Assembly (NCBI GenBank): GCA_964035545.1
Contig: OZ037770.1
Coordinates: 1,550,001-1,614,000 of the forward strand
Length of the DNA: 64,000 nt
From: Bugula neritina
Taxonomy: Eukaryota; Animalia; Bryozoa
Direction of reading: 5' to 3'
In this document: piece by piece, positions 43,501 to 56,918 of the stretch
How the letters are laid out: each line of letters starts with the position of its first letter
Numbering within the stretch: position 1 is the stretch's first letter
Translations under genes and position numbers: made by a program
The notes under the pieces: model-generated
Database searches by the model: none
Told to the model about the DNA's origin: nothing
Seen by the model: only the letters and a program-made list of their open reading frames with translations

Positions 43501-44002
43501 GTAACATAGTAAGCAAAAAGTGTCAATTTTCAAATAAAAATTAAGATGAGCTGTAGAGTAAGTTTTAGATATTCTCACCTCTCTGTGTTTAGCACAGAAC
43601 TTAGCAGTACATGTCTTACAATAAACAACAGCTTGTTGATTGGCTACACCTTTTCTAGTGCAGGTTTCACAGCATAGAGACAAGTCATCTCTTGTGTTGG
43701 AGGTAGGAAGTGAGTCTATCTCAACATCATATACTTCCCTAAAATATAGGAAACAATTAGACAAATTGTTTGAAGCTATACCCGCAAATAATTGGACAGG
43801 AAGCAGTATGATTCAGTGTAGGCAGAACTATGTAAGCATACCTGCAGAAAGGACATCTGAGCATTCTACTAACTTCAAAGCTTCCTGTCAGACATCTTAA
43901 ACAGTGTATGTGTCCACAAGGTAGAGATCTTGGATCTACCAGATCTTCTAATCTACCAACACAGAACCCACATTCTATCTGGTTGTCTCCTCCTTCAGCC
44001 AT
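40517..44002 (-). CDS. TRIM-family protein copy C (RING, 2 B-boxes, coiled coil, beta-propeller), ~611 aa
   Basis: Exons 44002-43842, 43738-43579, 43313-43130, 42856-42660, 42469-42299, 42124-42019, 41538-40813, 40647-40517; GT-AG boundaries, 1836 nt, open. Confidence 0.9.
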
Positions 44003-44937
44003 TGCTTATAGCAATCAGAATCTTTGCTGTATAATTTGCAATAAAGACAAACTCAGAAAAGAGTTCATGAAATAAAAAAAGCAACAAAAATATCACCAAA
44101 AAGCTAGTTTATTTAACAATTACATATAAACTCAGTAACGTCTACTGAATATGTATGTATGTTAATCTAGAATTACATGTGCTTAGTCTTGCTTATGTAA
44201 AAAATAAGCGCTAATTATTGCCCATCATACCTGTGAAACAGCAACAAACTCCCAAAAAAGTAAAAAAGGTGTAACATATTTCTTTTGAAAAATTGCGAGA
44301 TATTTTAAAAAACCTAGACTTGAGATTTGCTGAACCATAACGTGTCTATAAAATCATAAAGAAATATTCACCAGCTTTCTATATGCTTCTTCTTTGCTGA
44401 GATAAGTCTGGGATACTCAGAGCCTGCTCGATCTTGTTGTATGGTGACTTGTTGAAGGTTCAAAGAGGTGTGACTGAGAAGCAGCTATCCACTAGATAAA
44501 ATAATGGGTGGCTCAAACTAGTTTAAATATTGACACGCTCTACCGTCGTGGTTCATATCTGTTACTTATGAAGTAGATCAAAAATTTTTGTTTGTTCGAA
44601 TTCACACTGAGTATGAGATACCAGGGTCAGTATGTATGCTTCTAGCTTAGTTAATAACTGTGACTCTACCTACACTGATAACACAGTGTACGTACAAGGG
44701 TAGAAATGAGACTTATATGGTGTTTATACAATGCTTTGCCACACTTGAATCACATCAGTGGTTTTATGACCCCAATAAATATATGAGCCTAGCAATAAAG
44801 ATTACAGGGAAATACTTGACTTCATATGGGCCTACTGCTGATGATAATTCATCAGGAAATCAAGGTTTTGTTATGCACATTCTATTTTATAAATATTTAG
44901 TAAATCTTATAATAATTATTGTTAAAAGGTGTTATAG

Positions 44938-45357
44938 TGTAATGGATTTCAGTGGTGTAATTAATTGTTAGTTATTATATCGAAAGGGTCGACTCTATAT
45001 TGTATATATTATTGTGGAGATCCACTGCATCGACCTCCAGCGACTTGTATCTATGGTCGACAGTGGCACCACTAGTAACAACCAATCAGGACTGACATAC
45101 TAATTGATAGCAGGTGGAGCTAACTACTGGTAGTGGAAGCGCGCTGAGTATCTAGCCGGGCAGAGCAGCTTGGGACTTCATTCAGAGTAGTTGTGTGTAA
45201 AGGCTCACTTATTATGTAATCATTTCAATTCATGTTAGCAGTAATTAGAGTTTCTTGTATCTTGTAAATAATAAACTTGTCATAACGTAAATAACCTGAT
45301 GTAGTAGCTTTGTTTAAGTCCACCCACATAATATAGTGAATTGCGAGATTCACTACA
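44938..45357. mobile_element. Solo LTR, 420 bp, 4-bp TSD (Gypsy-like)
   Basis: TGTAATGGAT...ATTCACTACA ends, atag repeated on both sides (44934-44937, 45358-45361), internal AATAAA; the flanks rejoin to match the uninterrupted upstream region of copies A/D. Confidence 0.7.
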
Positions 45358-46559
45358 ATAGCTTGGTGAACAATTTATCAAATGCTGGTGACAAACTTTC
45401 GTTTCACTGTTAGTCAGCATTATGATATAATTTTTTAGTGGTCAAGCCAGGGGACATTATTTGCAATGTAACTACATATATACACTACGTTTCCATAATT
45501 GCATTAATCAAATGGAACTTTTCATTAGTTCTATGGAAACAGTTACATTGAAGCAAAACTGCAGTCGAAATTTCATTCGGACGGCTCCTCCTTCAATGAA
45601 AAGTTTCCTTCTCATCATGCAAATAATGAAATTGGATTCCTTGATTAAATAAAAAAAACCTTTTTGTGGCGGAAAGGGGAAGGGTGGGGCGGGGCAGAGA
45701 TCAGTAAAAAGTTACATAGTTACAATATGTAAACAATTATTATAAGCTCTACAACCTATGCTAAAGTTTACTTCGTCTCATAATAATTTTAATCATTCCA
45801 TTTATCCTAGCTGCTATATATATTTAAAGTAACTACTAAGCAACTTTAATTTGTAAACCTGTAAGCTAAAGCATTCCCAAACCAAAAGTAAATCATTGGG
45901 AGGTATTTTATTTTGAAAATTTGAATTGCGCTTAAGCTTTAGTTTACCAGTCACAAATCACCTGATGCTTTTATTGGTTTATGTCTTTTCAATTTAAATA
46001 CATTGACTTAAAATTTGTGTATTTAGTCTATCAAACTGGGCATGAACCTTGACTTAAAGCTGGCCATATTATTTCACATTTTATTTCAGCTGCTGCATTT
46101 GCAAAGAGAAGATAATTTTGTACGGATTGCGCATAGGATTGTGCATGTAGTTTTCCGTTGATGTAATCGATACAGGCATCCATACAAATTCATTCGCCAT
46201 TATAGAAGGGCAGTAAAACCTATTAATATTAAATGACTGTAATGTGGTTATAAATATTAAACATTTGCATGCTTCAACCTGGTTTTAAACTGTGTGTGCT
46301 TTTAGCTACATTAATATCTGCGTGACTTTTTCTACACACTGATAACACAGGGTGAGAGCCTATTATAGATATGATACTGTATGTAGTTTGTATACTAGCC
46401 TGTTTTATTTATAAGGGCTTCAGTTATTACATGAAAACACTAGTAATGACATTATTATTAAGGAGTGCAGGCAATTAATGCTTACTTCCCTATATACTAC
46501 AAACAAAACTCATCTTGCAATCTAATTTGTACATTTTGCATCTTCCTAAACTTGGTTTC

Positions 46560-48560
46560 AGAATATTCGGTGCATGATTATGTCAATCTCCTCTGGTGTA
46601 GTTATGGAGTTGGTCGTTGCATATTTCAAAGCATCTAGCAGAAGCCCCTGAGTAATGCTAGGGTAAAAGTTTATAATGTCAAAACTTATGAAAGTATAGT
46701 TTTGCTTATTTTTGATGCCACTAAACCAGAGTAATACTTATTGTGTGTTTTTCCATTGGTTTATTTTCGTGGAGTCACGGATTTTGGTGTTTATAGTTTC
46801 CAAAAGTTGCTTGCTTATTCTCTCTTCTTCTAATTTTGCAGGGTTGATGAGTCTATATTGCGGGTTGCTGTTGAAATTTTCTTAATGATCTTTGATGGTT
46901 GTAAATGGTTCCCTATATAGGTGTCATGGCTTGTACTCTGTCATCTAGATTAAGTGAGCTCGCAATTTTTTTAGCTTCGTTGTTTATGTTGTCAAGTGGT
47001 TTCTGATTTGTTTTCCTGTAGTCTTTGTTGATGCATTTGTGCAAGGCAGATTGATAATCCTTTGATGATACTTGGTAAAAATTGGATGTTTTGTAAGCTG
47101 GTACGATAATGCTCATAGACCTTTAAATTTTGTTGGTGTGATTTATTATAAGCTTTTGTTGAACTTGTTCAAGTTGGAGATGTCAGAATTTGATAGATTT
47201 TATTAGGTGTCCCATTTCATCTTTAAACTGTCTGAGTTCAATTACAGTAGGTGGAAACTTTCTTGGTAGGCACGTATATCTTCAATTTACTACCCGCAAA
47301 AGAACTACAAAATAGTATCGGACTATACCGTGACGATGGTTTAGCCATATTGAGAGACCAACCCAGACAAGTGGAAAACACTAAGAAAGTAATATGCAAA
47401 ATGTTTAAATCCATTGGCCTAGGAATTACTATCGAAGCTAACAAAAAAATTATTAACTTCTTAGATATCACCATCAATCTTGCTGCTGCCACTTATAAAC
47501 CATTTAATAAACCTGGCAACACACCTATCTACATTCACCATAACAGCAACCACCCCCCATCTATTATTAGAAACATTCCTAAATCCATCAACAAACAGCT
47601 ATCCATGCTCTCATCTGGTAAAGAGAACTTTAATAGTGAAACACAAATCTATCAGAATGCCTTAAATAAGAGTGGATACAACTTCACAGCACAATATGAG
47701 AAGCAGCAAACACCTTGTAATAAACCTAGAAGGAGGACCAATATATGTTTCAACATACCCTTCAGTAAACATGTTGCAACCAACATAGGAAGGCAATTCC
47801 TCAACATAGTATGCAAAGTGTTTCACTCAAAGCATCCTCTAAGAAAAATATCTAATAAAAACACACTCAACTGAGCTATTCTTGCATGCCGAACATAATG
47901 TGCAAAATTAATAGGGAGAACAAAAGGAAATTGGCTTACCAAACGACAAGCTCTCTAACAACCACCAGTAGCACTATGAAAATCTGCAATTGTATAAGGA
48001 AACCAAACTGCCCACTGAATGGCAAGTGCTTACTCTCTAATATTATATACCAGGCCACCATAACATTACCAAGCAGCTCCAACACATACATCAGACTATG
48101 TGAAACTGACTTTAAAAAATCCCCATACGATCATACCTGCTCCTTTAAGCATAAAAGATACAGAAACGTCACAGAGTCAAGTAAGCATATACGGTATCTA
48201 AAAGACAAAACTGCCAGCTACACAATCAACTGGAAGATCATTAGCCATGCACCCAGCTATAAAACCAACTGTAAACGTTGCATGCTATGCATTTTAGAAA
48301 AATATTATATTTTAAGCAAACCCAGCCTATGTACATTAAATAAAAGATCTTAGTTAACATCATTATGCAAGGATAGCTCCAAATATTTCTTGAACCCGTT
48401 CTAATACATTAGCTTTGTTTTATGATAATGCCCATTTTCCCTTTTTTACATTCCAATTCTGTTGTTTCACTATTTTATACATCACCCTGACGAGTGGCAG
48501 TAATTTAATGCTACGGAAAAAATTAGTAAGTGATATAATTGATTTTAAATAACAGATATT
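46560..48560 (+). mobile_element. Degenerate Penelope-like retroelement with 5' inversion
   Basis: Plus strand: RT C-terminal half 47251-47874 (GLYRDDGL, INFLDITINL, YIHHNSNHPPSI) and GIY-YIG 47886-48353 (CNC..CPLNGKC, YIG changed to YIR). Minus strand 46560-47235: RT N-terminal half with stops (RLINPAK, FDIINFYPSI). Confidence 0.9.
48481..48534 (+). ncRNA. Degenerate hammerhead ribozyme at the Penelope 3' end
   Basis: atcac-c-CTGACGA-gtggca..tgctac-gGAAA-aaatta-GTA-agtgat; extra G and loss of the C after GAAA suggest decay. Confidence 0.55.
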
Positions 48561-49587
48561 AATCAATTACAACCTTCATACTTATAGTATGAAAATATAT
48601 ATCTATAAATAAACATATCCAACAATCACTAGTATTAAGGGCTGATAAAATATTATGCTCTACTCCAGCACTTAAGACCCAAGAATTACTAAACTATATT
48701 CGAAATGTTTTTGAACATAAAAAGGGTTACCCTAAATATGTAATAGAGAAAACTATTATCAACATTGGTGACGGACTACTCAATGAAAAAGACAACAGGA
48801 AACACATTTTACTCCTATACTGCCAGTTTCTATAATTGTCATGCCAATCAGCCACCACTGCCTCTTCTCTAATTTCACCATTCCATTGGCTCCGGCCATA
48901 GAGTAGAACTTTCTATCGCCAATCCACATACTTTTATTAACATATGGAACCCAGTGTAAAAATAGTTTCAAATCATTGAGACTTTCATATTATAAAAAGC
49001 TTTATTAAAATAAATTTTGTAAAGGATATATATTTATAGAAAAAATTCCCCTCTTCCTCTTACTTAACATATTCATAACTGTAGTGATAGGCTTACCTTG
49101 GTACTGCATGCATGGTGATATCACTTATTAGACATATAGTTGTAGTTGTAGTTATGACTTTATAGTTTAGGTCTTATACTATTAGTTTTTCTATATAAGT
49201 ATTAGTATTACTGTGTCTGTAGCCCACAGCCTTTGTCTCAGTCTCTTGTCAGTCTCTAAATATAAGGTCAGTTAGTATTTGAGTTATATCAGTTATTATA
49301 TATAATGAGGTGTATTCTCAAGCACTAGTAAAGGGCTTGTTTCAATTGTTATAGGTATCTCTTCTAAATTTATTCACTCTCTCTATCTCAATCTCCGTTT
49401 GTTCTCCCCCCCCCCCGCACGCTTTACATTTAATTGGTTTTTTGTCATTCAAGAGCAGACAACTCCAGAAATACTGAATTTTTTAGTAAACATTCTGATA
49501 AGTACTTGAGAAGCTCACTTACTTTAGACTTAAGTTAGTAGAAAGTGAATCCATAAGATGTTGTTGCATTGAGTATTCTTATATTAT

Positions 49588-49800
49588 ACTCACGCACGTT
49601 TAGAGTCACTATCCCTGTGAGAAACCCCTGATGGAAAGGGTTTTTGTTAAAGCGGGCTAAGGACTTATTTAAATAAGGCACAGGGGCAATTATGACTGGA
49701 TGCTTTTCCTAACATCACCAATGACCTTTGTCAGGGCTCGCACACATGACCTTCGTGTTTACTAGGCAAACGCTCTAACCCCTAGACCACAGCTGCTCCC
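49588..49800 (-). mobile_element. tRNA-derived SINE, same family
   Basis: Same head and body; TSD tgagtattctYatattat at 49570-49587 and 49801-49818 (1 mismatch). Confidence 0.8.
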
Positions 49801-52800
49801 TGAGTATTCTCATATTATGTTGTATGTGTATATAAATACTATAATAAGTCATTTTATTGACAGATAAATTGACAGATAAATTGACTTTCAATTGGGTAGT
49901 AAACTCACCTGTAATGATTTAACCACAAAAGCACATATACAAACTGCTATAAAATTTTGAGTCATGCAAATACATCAAATACTAGCTTATATAACTGCTA
50001 TAGTTACACAGAGTATAATAATTTACACAGTATTTGTTGGTTTATATATTAATATGCTCTCTGAAATAGTCATTTTAGTCAAACGGAAACTAATCTAGTG
50101 GATCGTTACCATGGAAACCAACTAGACTCTATAGCATGATTATGCGTATATATAAATATTATTTCCTTTTTTGGGTCTAGTGCTCAGCTAATTATATGTT
50201 TTTAGAGAAACCACGAGTCATAGTTTTGAAATCTAAAGTGACAGCCAATTAAATAAACATGTTTATATTATCAGCCACTTTTTGTATCACAAGGCACATC
50301 GTTTCAAACTTCAAACTAAATTACTATGCAGGAGGCAAAGTCTTGACATATAAATACACTAATTACTATGACTTGCTGGTAAAACTGCTGCATAAGTTCT
50401 TCCTGGTGTAAAATTTTCTTAACATATTATATTGAACAGTTCAAATGACAGCTTCAATTGTTGGGGTGAGTCTGATAAACAAGATTCATCAAATACAACT
50501 GGTTCAGTATTATATTGTCTCTCTCTTTGCTATCTCTCTAAGTAGAGTATGATGTCTGTCTACAGCTGTTTGTGAATATAGCTTGATGACTTCTGAGTCC
50601 TATCAGTGATTTGCATATGCGGAAGCATTTGAGGTCATCATGCACTCGGTGTGTCTGTTGAGCTAAGCCTTCTTGGGGCCAGCCCTATGTATTATATAAA
50701 TTTAATTCTAACAAGGCAAACAAGTTAAATAGTTACAAATGTATCCAAGGAAACCAGATGCATGCATGCACCTGGTTTCGTTGTCACCATTAAAATCAAT
50801 TTAAGTTAGATTTATTATGGTTCAATTTGTTAAATAAGGTAGTTGAAAAATCTTTTTACTTCAGGCATGACTCATATTATACTGACAACCAATTTAATTA
50901 TAGCACCAGAAACTATTTATTGTAAAACTTCAAACCAATAATTAATACGAAATGTATTGATAATGAGAAAAAATTTGTGTTATGTAAATATATTGACAAC
51001 TAGCTTATATAAGAGATAGTTACTTAGAGTAATCGATATAAACCGGTAATTTATGCAAAATTAAAGGAGCTTTGAGGTCAAAGCTTAAAAGATTAATAAA
51101 TATTTTGCCAAAAAGTTGTCTCATTAAACTGTCTGCATTTGATGGTATATATAAAGAGAATGTTTTCATACCTACTTCATTGTTACGTCTTTGTTTATGC
51201 ATTCAAGTAGTGCTTGTAAAAAACAGGCTTTGCAAATAGTTCCTTGGTTCCTGCATCCAGGATAAATATTTTGGATATGAATCTGTGTTTAAGTGCTACA
51301 AGTAAGATTCTAGTCATTTTGATGTTATTCTTTTGTTTTCAACAAATCACAAGTAGGAGACCAAGAGATTCTAGATTGAGACGTGACAGATGGCCTTGGC
51401 TTGTAAGTGAAATTCCATTGTCCATAGTTGTTTCTTCTTCCAATGTTTACAAAGGTTAACCATCCTTACATATTATATACATGATAAATGTATTTGATGA
51501 TAATAATTGTGCTTTAGTAGTTTCGAGACTCATGTTGCTATATAATAACATTTTCAGGATTCATTCAATTTCTTATATATTATTATTCTTTCTAAACAAT
51601 TATGTAATGCTGATTGACAAGTTTGTCTCTGTGTCGAATTTTATATATATATTATATACATGATAGATGTTTTTGATAATAATAATTGTGCTTTAGTAGT
51701 TTAATGAGACTATCATTATTCTTTCTAAATAATTATGTAATGCTGATTGACGTTTTTTATGCACTCTCAATAGTTTTTGAATGTTAAAGCTATTTTTGAA
51801 ATTTATTTTCATAGGAAACTGTAAGATTAAGATTTGCAAACCGAAGAGAATTTAGATTCGGAAGATTGAGATTTTGCAGACCAAGATATGTATGTCAACA
51901 TAGAAAAAATGAATGCACTCCAAGGATATTCTGTTTTTAAGATCAATTATATGCATAGGCCTATATTATTTTCTACTATACCACAACTTTTTGTTGCAGA
52001 ATGTAAATGCATTAAACAATTTTAATATTCTATGTCTGAACTCTTCAATTTAAATATTTCTAATTATAAGTGTGCCAAAAGTATTTTTATGAATCCTTAT
52101 AATGTAAATAAATTTAGCAGACTGTGTGAGTTTCCGTTTTGATTTCGGAGTATTAATTGCTATAAAATTCAAATAAGTTATTGTCAGTTTATTGAAATAT
52201 TATATATTTTTCTAACAAATTTATTCTAAATTATTTGAATTGGAGCAAATATAGCAAATATAGCTGAATACAAGGCTGTGTATGTTTTTCTCTATAATAA
52301 CTACTATAGCCTACTATTATCGCTATAATTATACTTTTATTAAAAAAAAACTTGATACTTGCAAATTTTAACAGAAATGGGATACACAATTATATAGTAA
52401 TGTTTTAGGTTTTACCTTTATTGTAAAATATTAAGCTAGATTATATTGTTGAAACAATATATTTTAAAAACTTCCCACAAACATAACATGTTGCATATAT
52501 ACGAGGAAGTTCAGTCATCCTATTGGTATAGCCTTTGCCCTTTTTCAACCGAAACAAGACCATCTTGGGGGTCTCAATCCAATCAGCCATCACTGAGTTC
52601 TTTCTATTACTACTATCCCATTGCCCATTGACAGATGAATAAATAGTTAGTGTACGTATTATAGATGCTTGAAAGCTGTAGATTAGTTTTGATTTAAATA
52701 TATTTAGCTTAGCCATGGTATATAGGTCAAGTGCTAGAGCCGTGATTGGTGCAGCTACTGAGCTATAGTAGAGTTAATCAGGTAATATAATATCTGTATA

Positions 52801-53391
52801 TAGATAGTTTTGTGACTAAATAATATTTATTACTAACATCTGCATTGGGTTATAATCAAAAGCACCAAAATATATTAAAGTAAATTTTTGATACATCATG
52901 TAATAACTTTTTAAGATATCTATATACAGAAAATTAATCGCATTTAAATTTATAGTCATCTTGTTGATATCCAGTTTTTGTTTTCATGACGCATTTCATT
53001 TCATAACAGCAATCATCAGTGTTAGAGCATTCATCTAGAAATAATTGCACCAAAAGGTAAATATATATAGAAATAGAAAACACGAGACCATGTGGGTTCA
53101 ATCACGAGTAACCATCATATGGAGATGTTAGGAAGAGTATCCATGCAGTCATAATTACTTCTGTAGCCTGCTTTTCAAACACCCTTTCCATCAAAGGTTT
53201 CTCACATGGATAGTGATTATAAACTTGCATGAGCTTTTTGTTATAATTATATAATGTGATTTATTTGGGAAAATTCATTAGATTACTTTGCCAACTGACT
53301 GAGTGCTCATGAAGATATAACCATCATATTATGAGATAACTCACTGCTTTAAAGATAAAGTTGAAAGTAACATACCCCCTCTTTTTTTACA

Positions 53392-53512
53392 ATAGTTTTC
53401 TATCTTCATCTTTGCAGCAATAACTATAGTTATTGCTGCAAAGATGAAGATAGAAAACTATAGCTGACCTTCTGGAGTACATGCTATAGCATGTACTCCA
53501 GGAGGTCAGCTA
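53392..53512. repeat. Two abutting palindromes (70 bp perfect; 52 bp with 1 mismatch)
   Basis: 53392-53461 centred at 53426/53427 and 53461-53512 centred at 53486/53487; the paralog at ~25180-25235 has only the outer arms. Confidence 0.9.
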
Positions 53513-53727
53513 AAGAGCTTCTAAACAGGCATATAAAATAAAATATACCGATTAGTATACATGTAGATATTATAATGCATTTAAGTATAGTATATGTTAT
53601 AGTACATAATATAGTACAATTATAGTATATATTGTAATGACGTGGTACATATTATAATACAATTAGTATATCTATGTGAATAAGGGAGCAGCCGTGGTCT
53701 AGGGGTTAGAGCGTTTGCCTATAGTGA

Positions 53728-53889
<162 letters not shown>

Positions 53890-56800
53890 TTAATGCACAC
53901 TATAAATTAATTATAGATAAATTGTGGCTTATATAACATAAACCACATCCATTAATACAAAGTACATTTTTCGGTTTCAAATATAATAACTATATGGTTG
54001 CAATTATATGATTTTATACAAAAGTGGAGTCATATATTATAGTTGTTATATATCAGACCCTTGGTACGTTGAAACTCTTAGTAGTCCCGCTTCATCATAT
54101 ATTCGGTCTGTAAAAATACACAGCTTTGTTTTTACATACAATATTCTATTATACTAAAACAATATGATTGTTATGCTGAAGCAAAAGTATATGTCATATT
54201 CATAACAAAATATGCAATAGCTATAAAAATTACCACATATTATATTAAACATCAATTGATTGTTAGCATTAAGCGAAAACATTTTATTTTTTTTTTTAAG
54301 AGATCTTTTCCTGTTTTCTAAATTTTGAATAATGTTTTCATTATTTGAAGTAATTAAATAAAACATAAAGTCCATTGTTTGGCTCAGCATTGAAATTTAC
54401 TGTTTTATAGAGATTTTCATGTCATGTGAATAGCACAAAAAGGAAATAGCAATAAAGAGCTCAAACCTATACACCACTTGAAAAACAATAATATATGATC
54501 ACTGTAATAAGTGTTGAATTTAAAAAAAACAAACCTGGATGTATTTAGAACTTTTCAAACCAGCTTATGTTTAATAATTGCTTTGTATTAATAATTAAAT
54601 TAGTTCATTAATAAGTAATTATTAGTAATTGGAGCAAAAGTGCGTTATGTGACGTAATTTTGCTTTAATTACTTTAGAATGATGTTTCCTAGCTATAGAA
54701 TCACGTGCATATAGATAAACCACAATTGGAAAATAAATTTGTTACTATCTATGCTTTGCAGTTTCTAGAAAGAAAGCATATTTTTGCGTCGACTATCTTT
54801 TAAGTATCTACTTTGAGTTAATTCGGGTACTTCTAATATAGCTGGAAACATAACTAAAAAATCAATGTTAGTTTAGTTATGATGAAACTATTTGGTTAAT
54901 GACTTAAATAAATATTAGAAAACTAAAATTAATAAAGGTATCTCATGTTTAAAAGTCTCAAATGAGAATTTTAAGCTGGTTTGATTTTATTTTTGCTCAA
55001 ATTAATTTTAATGACAACATATTTAGACTTAAGCAATTTAGTATATTATGTTATTATAGATAACAGTAGCGCAAAAAATTGTTTTATTATCTTACCTGCT
55101 CTGGTTTTGCAAATAGAAGTGATTACAAGTGTCAGAAGTAAAGGATACAATAATGACAGGTGCTTCATTGTGGTAGCAGGTGCTTGGCATCAGGTAAATT
55201 GCTAGAGAGAGAGCTTGCTGATTCTTCAAGTTGAGATTAATTGAATATAAATTTCACTATATTCTTGTGCTTTTATAATATTATCATTATGGAATGTCAG
55301 CCAATCAGCTTACAGGTGCAGTATATAATTCACAATGCATCTGACGCAGCCAAATGGGTTATAATTTTATTTAAATATTAACAATAAATGTTAGGTGACT
55401 CGGCATTTCACGTTTAAACAGTAAAATGTAGTATATGGATATAAAAGGCTCCAATTATAACAAAGCTGAAAATCAAATTCTCAAATAAAATTAATTTAAA
55501 GCCCTGGCTTATTGCATACAGCAAATAACTAATACATTTTTTGTTGTTGATCTTTTTTAAACTACAGAACACAATTTATAAGACTTGTACCATTGCAATG
55601 TCAAAACTGCCAAAGAAGAGATTTCGGATTATAATTTTATTGCAATAATATTTTTGAATTCCTTCAAAGTTATTTTTGTTTTGTCAGCTTAATTTAAAGT
55701 TTTTAAAATATAAACATTTATAAGTTTTTTTAAGTTATAGATATTTTTCCTAATTTTCGCACAGAAAATATAACTTCTTGTAATGATTTTTGGGTATAGG
55801 ATAATGATCATGTGTTTGATCCCAAAAAACTAAAAATTGTGTTTAGGTAATTTTTTCTTAATATTCACAAACATGCAGTTACACATTTAATTACTCAACT
55901 TTTTTGTAAAAAATACCAATATTTTATTTATATAGTAGGCATAATTTAAGCTAAATATATTATGCTTTTAAGAGTTGCCAATTTTAGCTGTTAATTGCTA
56001 AAACTTTCTGCAAAAGATATTTTAACCATGCATCAACAATGCCTGCAACTATTCATATGCTTATCATGTGTTTAAGAAAGTTGCTACATGCAGTAGGTTG
56101 ACTTTTTGGAATCATATAATGATGGGTCCTAATTTGCTATAGCTTCCATTAAATAGAGTATATGACTGACCCAATTCTGTCTATTATTTAAAACAATATG
56201 TGTTTAGTAATTATTTCACTCAAGTGTCCAGCAATGCAATGTATTTATTTTAAAAATCAGTTGACAAAAAATTATGCAAAGACATAAATTTTGCTTTGAT
56301 TTGCAATATAATACTGATAAATTGACTAACTCAAAATTACTTATATTTAATAATTGAATAGTTCCCAGTATCATTGTAACAAATGCAGTTAAATATAAAC
56401 ATTGAGCTATCAACAGTATTACAGAAATTGATGCAAAGTCAAAGAATATGATTCATGATCACACTGAAAAACAATGTGTGTTCAAATCTGGAAGCATTAA
56501 AGACCGATATTTCAAAAACTATTATAGTAAAAACTTACAAAAAGGAACTATACGAAGCTTTGTTCAAATATTTTCTGTAATAACTATATCTGGCGTCTAT
56601 ATAAAGCTGTTTTTGATTAACATTTTGATTTATAAATTAAAAAGTAACAGTGTTTGATTAACACATGGTATAACTATGGAAACTGTGAATTTGAAGTATT
56701 TTTTCTTCATTGTTTTATGCTAAAATAAAATATGCTGCTATATAATATTTATGAATAGTATTTCATATCCTGTATATATGGCTAATATATAGTATATAGT

Positions 56801-56918
56801 CACATATATATGTTATCTCTGGGGAAATAGATATCTATATATGTTTCTGCATATATCTGTGTATATGTATGTTAGTGTGTAATAATATACTAGGCAATGA
56901 AAATCCTCACTTAATTAT

